Shown: piece by piece, positions 35,001-46,631 of the stretch
Layout of the letters: the number at the start of each line of letters is the position of its first letter
Numbering within the stretch: position 1 is the stretch's first letter
NCBI RefSeq assembly: GCF_963921235.1
Contig: NC_086108.1
Span: forward strand, 31,188,001 to 31,252,000
Length of the DNA: 64,000 nt
Source: Mobula hypostoma
Taxonomy: Eukaryota
Reading direction: 5' to 3'
Position numbers and translations under genes: made by a program
The notes under the pieces: model-generated
The model's database searches: none
What the model was told of the DNA's origin: nothing
What the model saw: the letters and a program-made list of their open reading frames with translations, nothing else

Positions 35001-36075
35001 CCAAGTTCCAAGTTAATTTATTATCAAAATATATACCTGTATATGTCACTATATACAACCCTGAGATTCATTTTCCTGTGGGCATACTCAGCAAACCTAA
35101 AGAGTAGTAACTATAACAGGATCAATGAAAGACCAACCAGAGTGCAGAATACAACAAACTGCAAATGCAAGTATAAGTAAAGAGTGTTAAATAATGAGAA
35201 AATGAGATAAAGAGTTTTTAAACTGATATCATTGGTTATGGAACATTTCAATGATGGGGCAAGTGAGTGTAGTTATCCCTTCTTATTCAAGAACCTGATG
35301 GCTGAGGAGTAGTAACTGCTGTTGAGCCTGCTGGTGTGAATCCTAAGATGCTCGTACCTTCTACCTGGTGGTAACAACTAGAAGAGAGCATGACCTGGGT
35401 GTTGAGGATCTCTGATGATGGATGCTGCTTTCCGACAACAACGTTTCATGTAGATGTGCTCAATGGTGCAGAGGGCTTTACCCGTGCTGTCCGAGGCTGA
35501 ATTCACTACCTTTTGTAGGATTTTCTGTTCAAAGGCATTGGTGTTTCCATACCAGGCCATGATGCAGCCAGTCAATATACACTCTGCAACACATCTATGG
35601 AGGTTTGTCAAAGTTTTAGATGTCATGCAGAATCGCTGCAGACTCCTGAGGCAGTAGAGGCTCTATCTCTATAACTTATTTGGAGGCAAGGCTTCAATAT
35701 TCACAAGCACAGTACTTATTGCTAAATGCACTATGACAACAACTCACACTTTTAAGGCTTTTCATCACCTACTTATTGCCAAATGCACCATGACAACAAG
35801 TTACGCTTTTAAGACTTTTCATCACCTACCCCCTTCCACATGATGAGAAATTGAGTCATGAAATTGACTAGATGCTTTGTTTGCAATTGCTCTTATGGTT
35901 CCAGGACAGGTCCTCTGAGTAGCAACACCCAGGAATTTAAAGTTGCTAAAGTTGCTAACCCTCTCCAACTCTGACCCTCCAATAAGGACTTGCTCATGAA
36001 CCTCTGGTCTGCCTCTCCTGAAGTCTATAATCTTGTTAACATTGAGGAGGACTTTATTTGTCTGGCACCAGGGAA
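35001..36075 (-). mobile_element. Rex1/Babar-type LINE 3' fragment, interrupted at 35661-35870
   Basis: ECILTGCIMAWYGN...RKAASIIRDPQHPGHALF; the LINE sequence resumes after the insert (CCAGGACAGGTCCTCTGAG). Confidence 0.75.
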
Positions 36076-36939
36076 CCAGTTCAATGTTATTATTTTAACT
36101 ATATTAATGTTTTGTATTGTCATCACTTAGATACCTGTGTTGAAATAAGCTTTATTTCAACACAGGTGAATGGCATAAGAACTTAAATAAACCACCCACT
36201 CAAAATGAACTAAGCAAAGCTTCAAAGGCAACTAGGCTTACTTAGGTGGGTGGAAATTATCTGATATCTTAAGTGATAGTTTCAGGCAGGAAAATAAATG
36301 GAATGTATATATCTATCAAAATGACTTAAATCTATTCCTTTACCTGACAATTTCATAAAGTGGCATCATTAAAGTTAATAACATCACCATCAGGCTAAAA
36401 GAAACAGAAAGAGTTCAAATATTCCATTGGTCCTTAAAGATACCAAAAGAGCCTGACATCTGGTCTTATGTAACATGTAAACATATTGACTTAGAATGAA
36501 AGTAAAGTTGGTTGTGAATTTGTCATAACTTAAGCTGCAAGCTTACTCAATTTCTAGTCATATGGGGGGAGTAGGTGATGAAAAGTCTTAAGAGCATAAC
36601 TTGTTGTCATGGTGCATTTGGCAATAAGTACTAGGCTTGTAAATGTTGAAGCCTTGTCTCCAAATAAATTATAGAGACTGAGTCCAGCCTGTCCAGGCCA
36701 ATAAAAATGGCCATCCAAGCTATTCGGATTTGCCAATATTATTCTAAACCTAAAAGTGGAAAAACTAAATTTCTGATCATTTATCAGATGCTTTCATTAG
36801 GCACTTGACATCTGCTTTGCATCCAAAATCACACAACTTAGCTATTTGAATTTGAAGTTTGGGGATATAACTGGATTGAAATGCTGCTGATTTTATCACA
36901 TTTTTATGTAATAGGAATGGTGGGTGAAATCGCAGTCTC

Positions 36940-37360
36940 AAACACCCAGGACATGATCTCTTCTCACTGCTTCCATCAGAAAGAAAGTACAGGAACCTCA
37001 GGACTCACACCACCAGGTTCAGAAACAGTTATTATCCCTCAACCATGAGGCTCTAGAACCAAAGGGGACAACTTCACTCAACTTTACTTGCCCCAACATT
37101 GAAATGATCTCACAACCTATGGACTCCATCTCATATCTTCAATATTCATTGCTTATCTATTTCTTCTTCTTCTTATTATTTATTTATTTTTGTATTTGCG
37201 CAGTTTGTTGTCGTTTGCATACTGGTTGAACCCAATGGTGTGGTCTTTCATTGATTCTAATGTAGTTATAGACTTATTGAGTATTCATACAAGAAAATGA
37301 AGCTCGGGGTGTATAGGGTGATGTATATGTACTTTGATAATAAATTTGCTTTGAACTTTT
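36940..37360 (+). mobile_element. Rex1/Babar-type LINE 3' end
   Basis: HPGHDLFSLLPSERKYRNLRTHTTRFRNSYYP-coding stretch, 3' UTR, AATAAA and TTTGAAC tail. Confidence 0.7.
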
Positions 37361-39247
37361 AAATGTTGAGAAAATTCCAGGGCCACATTCTAAATAAAGG
37401 GTTTAGCCAAGCTTGAATGCATTCACTTTTCTTAAAAAGTCGATACCGGCCTTAGTTTTGAAAGATTATTATTTAGACAAATGAATGATTAAAGCTCCTT
37501 CTGAGCTGTTTGTTCAGGTCACCTCTGATCTGGAATTTCTAGGTCACTGACCAGCTGACACCTTACAGCAATCAAACCATTCTAGTTCTGATCGAAACAC
37601 ACAGGAGAATGTCATGTCTACCCTCCACCAACCTCCATGGCAGATGCAAACTCTGTATGCCACTTTGAGCAGGATCCAAGCAGAACCCTTTCAGTACATG
37701 GTCCAGCACCTAATGGGTTTATTTTACTGAAGTTAACATTCATTTGAAGCATTCCAAATGAATAGTAGGCCTGTAGGCAATAGATGCTCACCATGCCAAA
37801 AGGAGATGAAATCCAAATTCTAAGCACCAGAGTATTTACAATCCAGCACGTGCAGCCTCTTTTAGTTACATAATTGATGCAAGGTGACCACTGCTGAATC
37901 GCTCTCTTGTTTCTTAGTCAGGGGTTCTGAGTTCAAGTCCCTCATCAGAGACTTCACTAGCACTACTTTGAAGAACAAAGTACAGTGTCAGATGTTCCAT
38001 ATTTTGGAAAAACCATTAGACTGACATCCTTGCTGCTCTTTGAAGTGCAAAGGTTAATTTCTGAGATTAATTTGAAGAACAGTGTTTGTCTAGTGCAACA
38101 AAGAATCTGCTGGAGTACACAGCGGGTCAAGTTCCTCCTACAAATTGTTTGTTGTTCCAGGTTCCAGCATCTGTAGTCTCTTGTGTCTCCAATTTTTACC
38201 TGCTGCTTGGCCTCTACCAATCCCAGGTGCCAACACCACAACAGATTACCTGGCCATTTTTGGTTTGTGGATTCTTCTCTTTCCTAAATGAACTTTGAAT
38301 TGTTAGCACCTTCCTGAAGGAGGCATGAAGCTTCCCTAAGGAACAAAGTCTTTCCCATATATTTTTGTGTTTTTTAGACCATAAGACATAGGGGTGGAGT
38401 TAGGGTATTCGGACCATTAAGCCTCCTCTGCCATTCCATCATGGCTGATTTATTATCCCTCTAACTCCATTCTGCTGTCTTCTCCCCATATTCTTTGTCT
38501 CTTTGACCAATCAAAAACCTATCAACCTCTGTTTTAAAATATTATCAAAGACTTGGTTTCCAGAGCCATCTGTGGCAATGAATTCCATAGATTCACGACC
38601 CTCTGGCTAAGTAAATTCCTCCTCTTCTCTGTTCTCAATGGATACCCCTCTATTCTGAAGCTGTGCCCTCAGGCCCTAGACTCACCCACTGTAGGAAACA
38701 TCCTCTCCACATTCACTATATCTATGTCTTTCAATATTCGGTAGGTTAAAATGAGATTCCTGCTCATCCTTCTAAACTCCAGTGAGTACAGGCTCAGAGC
38801 CATCAAGCACTCCTCATACATTAACCCTTTCACTTTTGAAATCATTCTTTGCACCTCACCAATGCCAGCACATCTTTTCTTAGACAAGGGCCCCAAAACT
38901 GCTCCACAATACTGCAAATGCAGTCTGACCAATGCCCTATAAAGCCTCAGCACTGCATCCTTACTCTTATGTTCTAGTTCTCTCAAAATGAATGCTAATA
39001 TTGTTTTTGCCTTTCTTACCACTGACTCAACCTGCAAGTTAACCTTTAGGGAATATTGCATGAGGACTCCCAAGTGCCTTGGCACATCAGATTTGTCAAT
39101 ATTCTTAGAAAATAGTCTATGCCTTTATTCCTTCTACCAAAGTGCATGACCATACACTTCCCCTCACTATATTCCATCTGGCATTTTCTTGCCCCTTCTC
39201 CCACCTTGCTTCCTCAACACTACCTGCCCCTCTATCTATCTCAGTGT

Positions 39248-39643
39248 CAATAGACAATAGGCAATAGGTGCAGGAGTAGGCCATTTGGCCCTTCGAGCCA
39301 GCATCATCATTCACTGTGATCATGGCTGATCATCCACAATCAGTACCCCGTTCCTGCCTTCTCCCCATATCCCTTGACTCCGCTATCATTAAGAGCTCTA
39401 TTTAACTCTTTCTTGAAAGCATCCAGAGAATTGGCCTCCACTGCCTTTTGAGGCAGAGCATTCCACAGATCCACAACTCTCGGGGTTAAGAGGTTTTTCC
39501 TCAACTCCGTTCTAAATGGCCTACCCCTTGTTCTCAAATTGTGGCCTCTGGTTCTATACTCCCCCAACATCGAGAACATGTTTCCTGCCTCTAGCATGTC
39601 CAATCCCTTAATAATCTTGTATGTTTCAATCAGATCCCCTCTT
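39248..39643 (-). mobile_element. Younger 5'-truncated CR1 3' end nested in the RT region of the old CR1
   Basis: (CTATTG)n-type tail, a 3' hairpin very like that of the intact element, and the RTRGHNLRTRGRPFRTE C-terminus. Confidence 0.85.
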
Positions 39644-40994
39644 ATGCAAACCTAGCCACAAAGGCATCAATTCCATCACCCAATCATTGGCATATAACAT
39701 GAAAAGAAGAGGTTCCAACACTGATCCCTGTGAACCCCCACTATTCACCAGCAGTCATCCAGAATAGACACCCTTTATTTCCACTCTTTGCCTCCTGCCA
39801 GTCAACCAATCTTCTATCCATGCCCGTATCTTTCCTGTAATATTATGGGTTCTTGTCTTGTTAAGCAGCCTCATGTGTGGCACCTTGTCAAATGCTTCCT
39901 GAAAATCCAAGTAACCAATATCCACTAATTCTACTTTGTCTACTCTGCTTGCTATTTCCTCAAAGAATTCCATCAGATTTATCAAGCAAGATCTTCCCTT
40001 GAGAAAACCATGGTGACTTTGGCTTATTTTATCATGTGCTTCAAAATACCCTGAAACCTCATTCTTAATAATTGTCTCCAACATCTTCCCAAATCACTGA
40101 AGTCAGGCTAACTGGTCTATAATTTCCTTTCTTCTGCCTCCCTCCCTGCTTAAAAAGAGGAGTGATATTTGTAATTTTCTAGTCCTCTAGAACCTTTCCA
40201 GAATCTAGTGATTTTTGAAAGATCATTACTAATGCCTCCATAATCTCTTCCACTACCTCTTTTAGAACCATGGGGTGTAGTCCATTTGCTCCAGCTGACA
40301 ACTAGTTTCAGAAATTTCAGCTTTCCAAGCACCTTCTTAGCAATATCAATGACACTCACTTTTGCCCCCTGAACTTCTTTTATTTCTAGCATACTGTTAT
40401 TGTCTTCCACAATGAAGTCCAATGCAAAATGTTTATTAAGTTCAACCGCTATTTCTTTGTCCCCCATTACTAACTCTCCAGCATCATGTTCCAGCAGTCC
40501 AATATCCACTTGTGCCTCTCTTTTACTCCTTTTATATCTGAAAAACTTTTGGTGTCCTCTTTTATATTTTATTGGCTAGCTTACCTTCATACTCCATCTT
40601 GTTCTTCTTTATTACTTATTTAGTTGCTTTCTGTTGGTTTTTAAAACCTCTCCCATCCTCTAACTTCCCACTAATTATTGCTCTAATAAATGCCCTCTCT
40701 TTAGCTTTTATGTTGGCTTTGACTTCTCTTGTCAACCACAGTTGTGTCATCCTGCCTTTAGAATACTTCTTCATCTTTGGGATGTATCTATCCTGCACCT
40801 TCTAAATTACTTCCAGAAATTCCAGCCATTGCTGTTCTACCATCATCCCTGCTAGTGTCCCCTCCTAATAAACTTTGGTCAGCTCTTCTCTCATGCCACT
40901 ATAATTCCCTTTTCTCCATTTTAATAGCAACCTGATTTTCCCTATTTTATTTGCATATCAAAATCCCCCACGACTATTGACCGTTGCCTTTTTA

Positions 40995-41811
40995 ACACAC
41001 ACAAAATGCTGGAGGAACTCAGCAGGCCAGGCAGCATAATGTATGTTGACGTTTCGGGCTGAGACCCTTCAGAAAAAAAGATGAGGAGTAGAATTAAAAG
41101 GTGGGCAGAGAGGAGGGAGAAACCAGGTCATGTACATTGGTGAGACCCAACATGGATAGAGAAACCGCTTCGCTGAGCATCTACACTCAGTCCACCAGAA
41201 GAAGCCGGATCTCCCAATGGCTACCCATTTTAATTCCACTTCCCATTCCCATTTTGATATATCAATCCATAGCTTCCTCTACTGCTGTGATGAGGCCACA
41301 CTCAGGTTGGAGGAACAACGCCTTATATTCTGTTTGGGTAGCATCCAAACTGATGGCATGAACATAGATTTCCTGAACTTCAGGTAATGCCTCACCCACT
41401 CTCCTTCACCATTTCTGTCCCTTTTTCCCTCTTTCACCTTATCTCCTTGCCTGTCCATCATTTCCCTCTGGAAATCCTCCACCCTTTTCTTTCTTCCTTC
41501 TGTCCTCTCCTATTAGATTCCCCCTTCTCCAGCCCTGTATCTCTTTTACCAATGGACTTCCCAGCTCTTTACTTCACCACCGCGCCCCCCCCCCCCCGGT
41601 TTCACGTATCACCTTGTGTTTCTCCCTTCCCTCCCTCACCTTTTAAATCTACTCCTCATCTTTTTTTTCTCTCTGGTCCTGCTGAAGGGTCTTGGCCTGA
41701 GACATCGACTATACTCTTTTCCATAGATACTGCCTGGCCTACTGAGTGCCTCCAACATTTTGTGTGAGTTACTTGGATTTCCAGCATCTGCAGATTTTCT
41801 CTCGCTTGTGA
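40995..41811 (+). mobile_element. Penelope-like element: GIY-YIG C-terminal fragment plus terminus, with an inverted terminus copy at its 5' side
   Basis: YIGET...RFAEHLHSV...ATHFN...LRLEEQRLIFCLGSIQTDGMNIDF*. Positions 40995-41072 are the reverse complement of the 3' terminus. Flanked by TTGCCTTTTTA (40984) and TTGCCCTTTTTA (41812), a probable target-site duplication in the host CR1. Confidence 0.82.
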
Positions 41812-43409
41812 TTGCCCTTTTTACATGCCTTTACCGTCTCCTATTGTAATTCGTACCCTACATCCTGAATACTATTCGGAGGTATCCATATAACTCCCAT
41901 CAGGGTCTTTTTTCCCTTGCGATTTCTTACATCCATCACAAGGGTTCTACATCTTCCAATCCTATGTCACCACTTTCAAAGGATTTGATTTCATTTTTAC
42001 CAATAGAGCCACATCAGCCCCTCTGCCTCCCTGCCTGTCCTTTCAATACAATATATATCCTTGGATGTTAAGCTCCCAGTTATGATCTTCTTTCAGCCAC
42101 AACTCAGTGATGCCACAACATCAGATCTGTTAAAGTCTAACTGCACTAAAAAGATCAACTACCTTATTCCGTATACGGTCTGCATTCAAAGATAACATTT
42201 TCAGCCCTGTGTTCATCACCTTTTTAGATATTGTCCCCGTGCTAGTCTACAACTCATCCCATTACGCTATGATTTGCCTGTCCTTCTTCAATGTCTCACT
42301 ACATACTGAATCTACATGTATACCAACTGCTCCATCCTTAGCGCTATCACTTCGCTTCCCACCCCCTGCCAAATTAGTTTAAACCCTACCAAACAGCCCT
42401 AGCAAACCTGCCCGCAAGGATATTGGTCTCCCTTAGGTTCTGGTGTAACCTCTCCTTTTTGTAGAGGTCACACCTTCCCCAGAGGAGTTCTCAATGATTC
42501 AGAAGTCTGAAACCCTGCACCCTGCGCCAATTCCCCAGCCAAGCATTCATCTGCCAAGTCACCCTATTCTTGCCCTCGCAGGTGCATAGCACAGGCAGCA
42601 ATCCAGAGATTACTCCCTTTGAGGTCCTGCTTTACAGCTTTCTACCTAACTCCCTATGTTCTCTCTTCAGGACCTCCTCCCTTTCCCTATCTATGTTATT
42701 TGTCCCAATATGTACCACAACTCCTGGCTGTTCACCCTCCGCTGTTAGAATGCTGTGGACTTGAACTGAGACATCTCTGATCCTGGCATCTAGGATCAAC
42801 ATACCATCCGGGTGTCCCTCTCATGTCCATAGGATCTCCTGTCTGTTTCTCTATCAATGGAATCCCCTATCACTACTGCACTCGTCTTCACCCCCTTCCC
42901 TTCTGAGCCACAGAGTGATATTGAATGTTCCATTGCAGTTGGTGGGGCTTTCTTAATTTCCACAAAATAACAGCAGGACTTTCACCAATAAATGTGATCA
43001 GATTGACTTTCAAATGACATTTCATTAGAGAACTGCCGGCTTGCTATAACACTGGCACATCTGTCCTCCTACCCCTCAGATAGAATCAGTGCTGAGCCGA
43101 GGGTCATTGTATCTACTCCATTAGCCTTAAATCAGCCCTCACTGGCAGATCTAGAGTGGCTCCATTGACTAAAATGGAACTGCCAAATTTCACTAAAATG
43201 CAGGCATTATATTTTTTATAACTATGCTTTAGTGCTTTAGATAATATCAATTAATTAGAATGAAATATGCTTTTAAATAGATTAATTACTTGCTAAATAT
43301 ATTTATGTATCTAATAACTTCTAATTAGTGAAATGTTTTTCAATTGTCTTTGATCATTGAAAGACTTAGAAGCAGTGAGAAAGGCCTTTGACAACATAAG
43401 GAATCAGGG

Positions 43410-43626
43410 ACACAAGAAATTCTGCAGATGCTGGAAATCCAAAGCAACCCACGGTAAATGCTGGAGGAACATAGCAGGCCAGTCAGCATCAGTGCAATAG
43501 AGTAAACAGTTGACATTTTGAGGCAAGGACTGATGAAGGGTCTTGGCCTGAAACGTCAACTGTTTACTCTTTTCCATAGATGCTGCCTGGCCAGCTGAGT
43601 TCCTCCAGCACTTTGTGTGTGTTGCT
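43410..43626. mobile_element. Short fold-back made of two inverted Penelope-like termini
   Basis: GCTGGAGGAAC...AGAGTAAACAGTTGACATTT versus AAACGTCAACTGTTTACTCT...GTTCCTCCAGC. Confidence 0.7.
43530..43562 (+). ncRNA. Minimal hammerhead ribozyme-like core (best-preserved copy; 5' arm of helix I missing)
   Basis: CTGATGA-AGGGTCTTGGCCT-GAAAC-GTC-AACTG. Other copies supply the helix I arms (AGTC/GGTC before the core, GACT after it). Activity not shown. Confidence 0.55.
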
Positions 43627-43868
43627 CAGGATTCAGGGCGTTAGGTCATCTTTGAATGTCCTCATCAGTGAAGACCTGCACAGCCCCTCAATCGAGATGA
43701 AGGGTCTCGACCTGAAATGCTTTCTATCCATTGCCCTTCACAATGCTGCCTGGCCTACTATGTTGCCTCAGAAGTTTGTTTTTTTTTGCTCAAGGTACAT
43801 GCATCTACATGATTCTGCCAAGAAGCCTATGTAAAGTAGAGGTTGTGAACAGAATGATGGAGTCTAAT

Positions 43869-44097
43869 TGTGGTAAACCATATATATACATTGTGACTGG
43901 GTTAACCGTCTGGACTCGCCCCTCTGCTGACTGCCCCTGTGGCTCCTCCCACAGATCCTGTATAAAGGTGTTTCGCCTTGCCCCTCCCCCTCAGTCCGGG
44001 GGCAGGCACTCACCGTGGAGGTCATATTGTACAGCGAATAAAAGCCTTTCAGTATTTTACCAAACCTCAGTCTTTTGGAGTTATTGAAGATGCTTCA
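43869..44097 (+). mobile_element. Short solo LTR (229 bp)
   Basis: TG...CA termini, exact 5-bp duplication CTAAT (43864-43868, 44098-44102), TATAAA at 43961, AATAAA at 44037. Confidence 0.8.
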
Positions 44098-44169
44098 CTA
44101 ATAAAGCTGAAAACTTTAATAATGCAGATTGTTTCAGTCCATGCTTGCATAGACATATACATATATATC

Positions 44170-44620
44170 ACAGTTAGAGAGTTATACAAGACAGAAATAG
44201 GCCCTTTGTCCCAACTCCCCTATGCCAACCAAGTTGTCTGCTTGAGATAGATCAATTTTCTTGCATTTGGCCCATATTCCTTTCATCTTTCAATGTACCT
44301 GTCCAAATATCTTTTGAACATTTTAATTGTACCTGCCTCGACCACTACCTCTGGCAACTCATTCCATATACCCACCATCCTCTGTGTGAAAACGTGTCTC
44401 TCAGGTTCTTTGAAATCTTTCCCCTGTCTATTAATGTCTATGCCCTCGAGGTTTAGACTCTCCTACACTGGGGGAAAATCTGTTACTACTCACCTTATTT
44501 ATGCCCCATGTGATTCTGTAAACTTCTACGAGGTCACCCCCTCATCCTCCTATGCTCTATAAAAAACAGTCTCAGCCAATAGCTCAAATTCTTCAGTCCA
44601 GTGTAACATCCTTGTCAAAT
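44170..44620 (-). mobile_element. Decayed CR1 3' fragment
   Basis: Reverse complement of a CR1 3' end (ACCACTACCTCTGGCAACTCATTCCATATACCCACCATCCTCTGTGTGAAAA). Confidence 0.7.
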
Positions 44621-45650
44621 AAAGGGAATTTTTAAGTTCATGTTGTCAGGATCTACTCATTGTTCCTCATTTCCCTATTGACCTTCATCAGAGTGACTTT
44701 CTTGCCTTGCAATAATCAACCACACGGGCTGGGTATGAATTCACATATAAGCCTGACCAGGTAAGCAGGGCAGGTTGTTTCTTCTGAGGACTCAATTGCT
44801 GTATCAGGATGTAACAACTAGCAGCATAGTACCAAAAACAGAGGCAATGAGGTATATTGAAATGAAGTCCTGGAGAAAGAAAGAGGGGTACAGGAGAGAT
44901 AAATGAGCAGAGATTAGTGAGTAATGGGGAACTAGCACAGAAGAAGAGTGGAGACCTACTTTAGAGCATTGAATATTGATGACCATAAGACAGACTGAAG
45001 GGCCTACTATAAGCCTGTGTTCTCGTGCAAAGTAGCTCAGTAAGATTGTTCATAACACACATCCCAGGTAACTGAAAAACCAGAAGAGTATTGAAGTACA
45101 ACAGACCCAGAAGACCGCTAAAACCATATCCTATCTTCTATACAGTGATGAGTCGAGTAGCTCTGAGTCATGCTGGCACTTTACACTGAATGGCAAAGTC
45201 AATATTTTTAGACATGAAAGTCACTCTCCTCATCTGAAAGTTCTCTCATATTAAGCTAATGAGTGTTAAAGATTTTTCAGGTTCTCTTGGTCTCTTTGCC
45301 TCAGCATCAACCGTGTTGCAGCAATGCAAGCATACTTTGCGGGCATCTTTTCATCTCTGCAAAAGGTCTTGGTATCCTTACAAACTCCTCCTGTTACATC
45401 TGTATAAAAAGAGCTATTGTAAAATGACACTTCTTCATCTGACTCAGCTTTACTTGTGCTGCATTTAAACTGGATTACTGGAAGAGGATATATCAATATA
45501 ATTGCAATATGCTTCCAAATTCCACCTCAGACCTGGTTCAGCTGGCATAGCTAAATCCACAGAGATGCAGACAAGGTGACTTCAGCAAATTTGGGATCCT
45601 GAAATTAGGAAGTTGGAAGACTGGCCAGTTTTCTTGCTCCAAACCTTCCT

Positions 45651-45690
<40 letters not shown>

Positions 45691-45731
45691 TCTCTCTCAC
45701 TCTCTCGCTCTCTCTCTCGCTCTCTCTCTCT

Positions 45732-45762
<31 letters not shown>

Positions 45763-45815
45763 ACTCTCTCTCTCTCTTTCTCTCTCTCTCCCCTCCCCTC
45801 TCTCATTCTCTCTCA
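45651..45815. repeat. (CT)n microsatellite, followed by a degenerate (CA)-rich tract
   Basis: Directly visible imperfect dinucleotide run. Confidence 0.95.
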
Positions 45816-46631
45816 CTTACAAATATGTTCATACACGTACAAGCATGCCTACACACATGTACACATAAACACAACACTCATATGTCCAAGAAAGAATAGT
45901 GAGAAGTGGGAATTTTATTTGTAAGTTTGTTGATGTTGGGAAGATTGGAATTTTCAAAGCAGTCTGTTATGTGTTTCTTGACATATGGCAAGAGGATAAC
46001 TAAATGGAACACAGTCTAATAATTTTGAGGGACTAAGTGGCCCCTTCAGGATCAGCATCAGGATTATCACCGTTGACACATGTCATGAAATTTGTTTAAT
46101 CACGTCACACGCCGGTGTTAATAAACCTGATTCTGATTCTAATTTTGGCAACAGTACAGGGCAAGTCATAAAAAATAGTATAAGTTGCAACAAAAATAAA
46201 ATAAATAAATAGAACAAAGAAAAATATTGAGGTAGTATCTGTAAGTTCATGGACCATTCCTATGTTCCCAAGATGATGTAACTAAAGAGCATAAGATATA
46301 CTATGAATAAGCTTCTTACCTGCAACGACAAAGAAAAAATCTTGATGTCTGCTGGGATTGATCCATGGGAGTAGAAACCATTCACCTCAGAAGATCCAAA
46401 AGCAGGAAAAACTGTACATGGAATGACAGGTTCAAACAACAGAAATAAACGATCAAAACAGAAACAATCAGCGGGTTTGGGAACATGTGTGGCAAGGGAA
46501 GTGTGGCTAATGTTTTGTGTCAAATGGTCCTTTGACCTGTATGTATCAACACTGTTTCTTTTTGTACATATGGTACATGAGCTGCTCAGTGTTTCTGGAT
46601 TTCATATAACTCTTTATTTCAGGATTTTCAA

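Larger units (their letters stand above)
38376..42915 (-). mobile_element. Old near-full-length CR1 (3' half of ORF1, ORF2, 3' UTR), decayed, with two nested insertions
   Basis: Minus strand: AVVIGDSIDRETDRR (esterase), DLYKKERLHQNLRETNILAGRF...GLN*, IVVGDF, SHHGFLKGRSCL, YLDFQEAFDKVPH, and a CR1 3' hairpin and tail near 38376. Confidence 0.88.

Noticed and set aside
45266..45600. Possible host exon on the minus strand next to the (CT)n tract
   Set aside because: Stops in all frames after the candidate acceptor, and no recognisable protein similarity.
45582..45924. ER-repeat and SL-repeat ORFs
   Set aside because: Translations of the (CT)n microsatellite.
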